Part shown: piece after piece, positions 58,161-64,000 of the stretch | Layout: each line of letters opens with the position of its first letter | Numbering within the stretch: position 1 is the stretch's first letter | Source: Nanobdellota archaeon | GTDB lineage: Archaea; Nanobdellota; Nanobdellia; Pacearchaeales; GW2011-AR1 | Length of the DNA stretch: 64,000 bases | NCBI GenBank assembly: GCA_038045265.1 | Contig: JBBSYL010000010.1 | Span: 582-64,581 of the forward strand | Direction: 5' to 3' | Notes under the pieces: model-generated | What the model saw: only the letters and a program-made list of their open reading frames with translations | Database searches by the model: none | What the model was told of the DNA's origin: nothing | Translations under genes and position numbers: made by a program

Positions 58161-58933
58161 TTCTTCAAACTCTTTTCAACAATACTATGAAGTGATTGCG
58201 TGAAGAAATCTGAGTTAAGCCAGATGGCCATTTCTTCTTCTGAACTTTCAGGAGTAATCATTAATAGGGCTTGAGTCTTATCTGACATGAAAAATCTTGC
58301 AGGAGAATCCAAGGCTCTTGCCTTTATTCCATGTTTAAGTGAAAGTTTCTTAACTTTTTCAGGTTCTCCAGATAAAGCAATTTTTACTTTAATATTATTT
58401 TTAGCAAGTTTTTCCAAAGCTGGAATTAAAACTCTTGACTTATCTTCAAAGTCAAGTGCTGATGTACATATCATTACTTCTTTTTTAGAACTTTCAACTA
58501 ATTCTCTAAGCTTTGAAAGTATATTTGATCTTCCTTTTACTGATCCTGTTATCTCATGTGATTTAATAGGATTTATTCCAGTTGTATGCAACTGCTCTAG
58601 TTCTGTGTATTCTGAAGTTGTTTTTAGATTAGACAATGAGTTTACCTTTTCATTGGCTGTCTGAAGGGTTTCTGACTTCATCTTTTCAATAACTTCTGTT
58701 GGCTTTACTGCGATGTACTTCACAGGTTTTCCAATTTTAACTATCGCAAATCCACGTTTTTCCAAGGATTCTAATACATCATAAGTTCTTGACCTTGGTA
58801 CATTTGAAATCTCTGCGATTTCTCCAGCTGATGCAATACCTTTTGAAAGCAAGGCAAGCCAGACTTTAGTCTCATAAATATTAAGATTAAAGTATTCCTT
58901 TACTCTCTTTACCAATTCTGGTTTAATTATCAT
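58157..58933 (-). CDS. TrmB-family transcriptional regulator
   Basis: N-terminal wHTH YETKVWLALLSKGIASAGEIAEISNVPRSRTYDVLESLEKRGF. Confidence 0.75.
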   Translation of the reverse strand: MIIKPELVKRVKEYFNLNIYETKVWLALLSKGIASAGEIAEISNVPRSRTYDVLESLEKRGFAIVKIGKPVKYIAVKPTEVIEKMKSETLQTANEKVNSLSNLKTTSEYTELEQLHTTGINPIKSHEITGSVKGRSNILSKLRELVESSKKEVMICTSALDFEDKSRVLIPALEKLAKNNIKVKIALSGEPEKVKKLSLKHGIKARALDSPARFFMSDKTQALLMITPESSEEEMAIWLNSDFFTQSLHSIVEKSLKN

Positions 58934-58997
58934 GTATCAGTGATAAAAAAAGGGTATATAAATCTTTCTACTTTGTTGTAACTTCTAGGTGACACGA

Positions 58998-59915
58998 TTA
59001 TATGAGATATGCTATGGCCAAGGCTACAAAGCACCCAACGCTTATGAAAGGTAAGGCTGGATAGAACTTTCCTTTTTCTGATTTGTATAATAAAAAGGCC
59101 AAGGCTATGGTTGCTCCTATTGAAACTAACAAAGAAGCGAACAGGCCTAAAGAATTAAGAACTGTGCCTGCGAGAATAATTGGAAATACTATATCTCCCC
59201 CGCCTAAAATTGCGACACTTACTTTTACTTCTTTCTTTTTTCCAGATTTCTCTGCTTCTTTAAGCAATAATTTGTCTTTCTTTGATAAGTAGGGAACAAA
59301 GAATCCTGAGAAGACTTTAACCTTATTTATCTGGTAATGTGCCATTTTTTGCATAAACTTTGCATGCCATACTGCATACATATCATATGCGGAGAATATT
59401 ATGAAGAGCAGGACAGCTGTGCCCACATTAAGTAATGGAACAAATATTGCCGCTATTCCAGGATAAATTAATAGTTCAGTCAAGTTATGAACTATAATGT
59501 TTCTTCTGAAAACTTTGAAGTAAGCGAGGATTAAAGCGACACCTAAAACAATTAGAGAGGCATAGGGGAAAGTTTTGAAAGGGGCAAATAAAGAGACAGC
59601 TATTGCAATTATGACTACAATAAAGAACCATATTCGAAGAAGCAACTCTGCTTTAAAGCGCATCAAAAAAATTATGGCAATTATTGCTATAATAAAGGCA
59701 AAAACAATCGACCAGAGATTTTTAGTTTTGGAAGTTTCTTGCGGAGGTTCTAATCCATAAGGCAGACCATGACTTGTGATATTTATTATTGTCTCGTTGT
59801 CTAGTTGTATTGGAATTATCTCTGGCTTGTATAAATTAAGAACAAATATCCCCACTAGTTGAGCAATAAGAAATAGAACTAATAGAATCGCTGTAACTTT
59901 AATGGAATGTTTCAT
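58998..59915 (-). CDS. presenilin/signal-peptide-peptidase homolog (A22 intramembrane aspartyl protease)
   Basis: Polytopic. YD (FSAYDMY), GxGD (ILGGGDIV) and PAL (FYPALPF) motifs in the expected order and spacing. Confidence 0.75.
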   Translation of the reverse strand: MKHSIKVTAILLVLFLIAQLVGIFVLNLYKPEIIPIQLDNETIINITSHGLPYGLEPPQETSKTKNLWSIVFAFIIAIIAIIFLMRFKAELLLRIWFFIVVIIAIAVSLFAPFKTFPYASLIVLGVALILAYFKVFRRNIIVHNLTELLIYPGIAAIFVPLLNVGTAVLLFIIFSAYDMYAVWHAKFMQKMAHYQINKVKVFSGFFVPYLSKKDKLLLKEAEKSGKKKEVKVSVAILGGGDIVFPIILAGTVLNSLGLFASLLVSIGATIALAFLLYKSEKGKFYPALPFISVGCFVALAIAYLI

Positions 59916-59947
59916 AGAGAAATTTATGAAAGGAAGTTTTTAAGGGT

Positions 59948-61828
59948 TTACTTTAATCTAACAGTCTCAAGATTTCTAGGAACAATTGTTTCTGCTCTGT
60001 TAAGTTTATACAAAGTAGAAGCAAGGTCTAGAGATTTAGAAACTTCTCCGTGGTTTATTAAAATCTTCTTTGGTTTTGGAATCATCCTATTTACATATTG
60101 CAATAATTCTCCTCTTCCTGAATGTCCTGAAAGCCCGTATATTAAAGCTGTTTCCATTTTTATAACAACATTATGGCCGTCAATAGATACTTCTCCAGCT
60201 CCTTCCTGAATCTTTCTACCAGCAGAGCCCGGACCCTGATAAGATGAAAGTATTAGAAGATTATTAGGATTATCTGCAAGATTTTTGAAATATTCAACGG
60301 ATGCTCCACCAGTAAGCATTCCAGATGTTGCGATAATAATACAGGAACCTCCCTCTATGACTTCTTTTCTCTCTGTTGGGGAGCCTACGCGTTTGAAAAT
60401 ATCTGAAAGAAATGGGTTGTTATCTTGGAATATTTGGTTTCTGACTGAGGCCGCTAAATAATCTGGATAAGCTGTATGAATTGCATTAATATCCCATATC
60501 ATCCCATCAATATATACTGGAATTTTTGGTAGAAATCCTGTTCTAATTGCTTCTTCTACACGAAGCATCGTCTCTTGTGCGTGACCGGTTCCTAGTTCTG
60601 GAAGCAAGACTTTTCCACCCCTCTCTATCGCTTTCTTGACTAGGACTAAGAATTTTTCATCAATTTCTTTTCTTGGGGGTAAAATATCATCTTTTCCCCC
60701 ATATGTGGATTCTATCATTAAAGTTTCAACTCTTGGAAAATGGTTCACTGCTGGATCAAGGATACTTGTTTTTCTATAATTTGTATCTGCGCCATAAACC
60801 AGATTGTGAAGCCCATTTCCAATGTTTATATGGGTTTGTGCTGAACCAAAAGTATGGCCTGCGTTGTAGAATGTTATTCTTATATCTGGGGTTATATCGG
60901 TGACTTCTCCATAACCTAACGTGATAGAATGTCTTACCATCTCTTTAACATCTTCTGCCTTATATAGTGGATGCGTCGCCTGTTTATATGCTACCCCTAT
61001 TAAATCTAGACACATTAAGGCACCTATATCTCTGGTTGGCTCAGTCATATAAACTGGCCCCTTATATCCCATTTTGTAAAGATAAGGAACAAGACCTATG
61101 TGATCTAAGTGCGCATGTGAAACTATCACTGCATCTATTGAATTTATGTCTCCTATTTCTGCTATGTTGAGATAAGGAAATCTCTCTGGTCCTTCCTGAA
61201 CTGCTACGTTTATCCCGCAATCCATTAAAATTTTCGAGTTCGGGGTATGTAAAAGAATACAGGAACGTCCAACTTGCCTTCCTCCGCCAAGATATGTAAC
61301 CCTTATCCACAAATCCATTTTTTCTGAGCTCCAATCTGTATAAATTTTCTTTCCTATTTCATTAAGGAATTTTCTTCTATATGTATTATTCGCGTAGAGT
61401 ACAGAACGAATTTTTTCTGTTATTTTAGAAGGAATGGAGGGAGATCTTTGCACAGATGGAGACCAGAATGTTGATCTTCTTATATCTGAGAGTAAAGAAC
61501 CTTGTTTGCCTATAACTAAGCCAGGTTTTTTAGCTTCTATTATTACACTTGATCTTTGTACATCAAAAATAACATTTGTTATCTCCGCTTCTTCTGAAAT
61601 TAGTGCTCGTATTGTCTTTTCCGTTTCTGCTTCAGGAGCAAGAATGCTCTTATCTGCTCTTAGCTCTATTCTTTTCTTTATTCTATTTACTGCTTTTTTT
61701 ATCTCTTCTTCTCCTTCTCTGAAAAATTCTTTATCTTCTGTGTATAGGACTATATTTGCGCCTTCAAAAGTAGCATCGCTTATTTTGCGAGATAGTTCGT
61801 CCTTTATGTTTTTTAAGATGTCTGCCAT
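59948..61828 (-). CDS. fttA: aCPSF1/FttA (KH + metallo-beta-lactamase + beta-CASP ribonuclease)
   Basis: 626 aa. N-terminal KH modules. VSHAHLDHIG (HxHxDH). Confidence 0.9.
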   Translation of the reverse strand: MADILKNIKDELSRKISDATFEGANIVLYTEDKEFFREGEEEIKKAVNRIKKRIELRADKSILAPEAETEKTIRALISEEAEITNVIFDVQRSSVIIEAKKPGLVIGKQGSLLSDIRRSTFWSPSVQRSPSIPSKITEKIRSVLYANNTYRRKFLNEIGKKIYTDWSSEKMDLWIRVTYLGGGRQVGRSCILLHTPNSKILMDCGINVAVQEGPERFPYLNIAEIGDINSIDAVIVSHAHLDHIGLVPYLYKMGYKGPVYMTEPTRDIGALMCLDLIGVAYKQATHPLYKAEDVKEMVRHSITLGYGEVTDITPDIRITFYNAGHTFGSAQTHINIGNGLHNLVYGADTNYRKTSILDPAVNHFPRVETLMIESTYGGKDDILPPRKEIDEKFLVLVKKAIERGGKVLLPELGTGHAQETMLRVEEAIRTGFLPKIPVYIDGMIWDINAIHTAYPDYLAASVRNQIFQDNNPFLSDIFKRVGSPTERKEVIEGGSCIIIATSGMLTGGASVEYFKNLADNPNNLLILSSYQGPGSAGRKIQEGAGEVSIDGHNVVIKMETALIYGLSGHSGRGELLQYVNRMIPKPKKILINHGEVSKSLDLASTLYKLNRAETIVPRNLETVRLK

Positions 61829-61855
61829 GTTTAGATTAAATAAATGAATGTGAAA

Positions 61856-62509
61856 TTATTTGTATTGTGGTAGAATTTCCTCAGAAACTGCGTGAGTTAT
61901 TCCAGATTTTGTTATTGTAAAAACATCAATACCGTTGCCGGATGCTGTATCTCTTTGTGTAGATGATTTTATACATTCTTTTGCCAACTCTATTCCTTCT
62001 TTTATTGATAACCCTTCTTTATACTGTCTTTCCAATAAACCGATTACAAAAAGCATTCCGCTTCCTGTTGCATCATAATCTTTTATCAACCTTATATCTC
62101 CTGCTGGAGAAATAGCATATATTTCAAATGTTCCATCTTCATTAAATCCTCCACAAATGCTTCCTACAATATTTGGAATCATTGCGGGGGTCCTTATGTT
62201 TCTATAAACAGACATTGCAATGAGATTTGCAGCCTCTCTAACACTTGGCCTTGACTTGGACCTCAATTCTTTTAATCTTAGTTCTGCCGCAATTACTTTT
62301 GAAAGAAGTATAGCATCCGAAGCATTGCCGGCAAGAGACATAAGCATGTAATCATTAAGCTGTCTTATTTTTCTTATCGCTTTATCTACAACTAATCCTC
62401 CACCAGATGAAGCACGCCTATCTGAAGCTATTATCACACCATCCTTGCAGGTAATTCCCACTAAAGTGGTGCCCATTTTTATTACGTTGCCTTTAATCTC
62501 TTGATCCAT
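61856..62509 (-). CDS. psmB: proteasome subunit beta
   Basis: Propeptide then GTTLVGITCKDGVIIASDRRAS (Thr1 nucleophile). Confidence 0.9.
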   Translation of the reverse strand: MDQEIKGNVIKMGTTLVGITCKDGVIIASDRRASSGGGLVVDKAIRKIRQLNDYMLMSLAGNASDAILLSKVIAAELRLKELRSKSRPSVREAANLIAMSVYRNIRTPAMIPNIVGSICGGFNEDGTFEIYAISPAGDIRLIKDYDATGSGMLFVIGLLERQYKEGLSIKEGIELAKECIKSSTQRDTASGNGIDVFTITKSGITHAVSEEILPQYK

Positions 62510-62539
62510 AGAATAAACCTCTATTTCTAGATAGGCAAA

Positions 62540-64000
62540 TTATATTATATCAGTATTTAAGTTTTTTGGTATGCTTATATCTCTTTTCCCTGCCCTTGAA
62601 ACTCCTTCTAATTTTCTGACTTCAATAAGCTCGTCGACAAAACTTTCTATCTTTGTTTCATGGCTGACTATTATAAGTTGTCTAACATCTAATTGCTCTA
62701 AAACGTCCCTTATTTTATCAACTTGTGCTTCTGAAAAGCCCTCTGTAGGCTCATCAAGAATAATAATGTCTTTTGTTCTAATAGTGCTATGCACTGAATT
62801 TATTGTTTGATTTAAAGCTAACCTATATGCTAGGGCAATAGCAGTTCTTTCGCCTCCCGATATGAATGAATAATCCATTTCAACCCCATCTAATATTATT
62901 AGGGGCGTAAAATTTTCATCCAGCTGAACCTCAAAGGAATCTCCAGCAAGCATATGGAACCAGCTGTTGAAAAATCTTGAAAATTCTTCTCTAAGCTTTA
63001 TCATAACTTGCCTTTCTATTAGATCTATGATTGCAGAGAACTGAGTTGAAAGCCAGCCAGACAATTCATGCAAAGAATTTAGTTTTATCCTTGAGAATTC
63101 TTTTTTCTCTATTGAATTTTCCAGCTCCTTAACTCTTATATTTGACAATTCAAGCTCTTTATTTGACTCCGCAAGAGTTATTTCTGCTCTTTTCTCTTCA
63201 ATTAGTGCTAATTTTAGCTCTGTGGTTTTTTTAAGGTGGATATTTTGAAAGGGTGCAAGTTTAAGCGATTGTTCTTTAAGACCAGAAATATGCTGGTTAA
63301 GCAAAGCTATATCTTTCTGCAGAGATTTTTTTAAATCCTGTATTTTTTGTGTTCTTGCCATGGCTTTTTCAATAAAAGAGAACTTGGAACGGGCTATTTC
63401 CAATTCAGATTTCTTTAACTCTAGAATTGATAGTCTTTCTTTTATTGTGGTTATCGCTTCATTGATTCTTTTGCTTTCTTCTTCTTTCTCCTGCTTCTGC
63501 TTTTTTGCTGAAACAATGTTCTTATCCATTTCTAAAGAGATATTATGCTTATGCGCATGAGGAACATCTTGGAGACACATGGGGCACATTTCTATAGAGA
63601 AAACCCTCTCCTTATTTTGAGCAAGTTCTTTTACTTTACTTTCAATAGAATTTAGAGAAGCAAGCGAGCTTAGAAACTGGGAGTTTAGCTTTTCAAGATT
63701 TTCTTTTTCATTGTTCATTTCACCAATTATCTCTAAATATTCTTTCTCGTCAAATTTCTTCCCAGGATTAGACAAGGTTTCTAATGCTTCCTCTTCTTCT
63801 TTTGATAACAACATTATGTTTTCCGTTTTAGAACCTATCATCATTTTTGTCTTCTCAATTTCTATTTCTATCTGTTCTTTTTCCTGTATCTTCTCTGCTA
63901 TCTTATCCAACTCCATTTCTATAACTTTTCTTAGTTCAACTTTCTTCCTTATCTCTTCTCTATTCTCTTTTATTCTTGCGTTTAAAATTTCTATTTTTGA
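62540..64000 (-). CDS. rad50: DNA double-strand break repair ATPase Rad50 (C-terminal part; N-terminus beyond window end)
   Basis: Zinc hook CPMC within coiled coil. ABC signature FISGGERTA. Walker B/D-loop IIILDEPTEGF. The frame stays open through position 64000. Confidence 0.8.
   Translation of the reverse strand, partial: SKIEILNARIKENREEIRKKVELRKVIEMELDKIAEKIQEKEQIEIEIEKTKMMIGSKTENIMLLSKEEEEALETLSNPGKKFDEKEYLEIIGEMNNEKENLEKLNSQFLSSLASLNSIESKVKELAQNKERVFSIEMCPMCLQDVPHAHKHNISLEMDKNIVSAKKQKQEKEEESKRINEAITTIKERLSILELKKSELEIARSKFSFIEKAMARTQKIQDLKKSLQKDIALLNQHISGLKEQSLKLAPFQNIHLKKTTELKLALIEEKRAEITLAESNKELELSNIRVKELENSIEKKEFSRIKLNSLHELSGWLSTQFSAIIDLIERQVMIKLREEFSRFFNSWFHMLAGDSFEVQLDENFTPLIILDGVEMDYSFISGGERTAIALAYRLALNQTINSVHSTIRTKDIIILDEPTEGFSEAQVDKIRDVLEQLDVRQLIIVSHETKIESFVDELIEVRKLEGVSRAGKRDISIPKNLNTDII

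Noticed and set aside
1-64000. Search for CRISPR arrays, tRNA and rRNA genes
   Set aside because: No regularly spaced direct repeats were seen. No tRNA-like T-arm or acceptor structures were recognised in the intergenic spacers, which are all short except 8032-8245 and 41166-41380. Neither of those folds into a cloverleaf. No rRNA-like conserved blocks were seen.

Overview
AT-rich (roughly one-third GC by eye) archaeal segment with small-genome features: tightly packed, frequently overlapping genes (ATGA start/stop overlaps), a fused primase, and K/E-rich extensions on ribosomal proteins. These suggest a DPANN-type archaeon. The window has two kinds of content. (1) Core information-processing genes. 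These include an exosome operon (rrp4-rrp41-rrp42 plus rpoK) with SBDS nearby. They include a long minus-strand ribosomal protein superoperon (L3, L4, L23, L2, S19, L22, S3, L29, SUI1, S17, L14, [inserted ORF], L24, S4e, L5, S14, S8, L6, L32e, L19e, L18, S5, L30, L15, SecY). They also include proteasome alpha and beta subunits, PCNA divergent from a long PriS primase, aCPSF1/FttA, CCA-adding enzyme, YbaK deacylase, thioredoxin reductase and a partial Rad50 running off the window end. (2) Many secreted or cell-surface genes interleaved with these: tandem discoidin-like proteins, a Cys-rich acidic 734-aa protein, two TM-anchored proteins with a shared juxtamembrane Cys motif, and a thermonuclease-lamin-tail fusion next to a lamin-tail protein. 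The largest accessory block is a ~15-kb type IV pilus-like locus (41.4-56.6 kb). It has five class-III-signal-peptide pilins, a FlaI/TadA-type ATPase, a split TadB/TadC-like platform and two giant surface proteins (1033 and 890 aa). It is followed by a small GTPase, a DUF2073-like protein and a Zn-ribbon protein. An FmrO/ArmA-like 16S rRNA methyltransferase homolog sits on the opposite strand inside this locus. Two non-coding regions stand out: a ~154-bp imperfect palindrome with 15-bp perfect terminal inverted repeats upstream of the exosome operon, and a hairpin-dense 215-bp spacer after trxB that may be a structured ncRNA. No tRNA, rRNA or CRISPR arrays were recognised.
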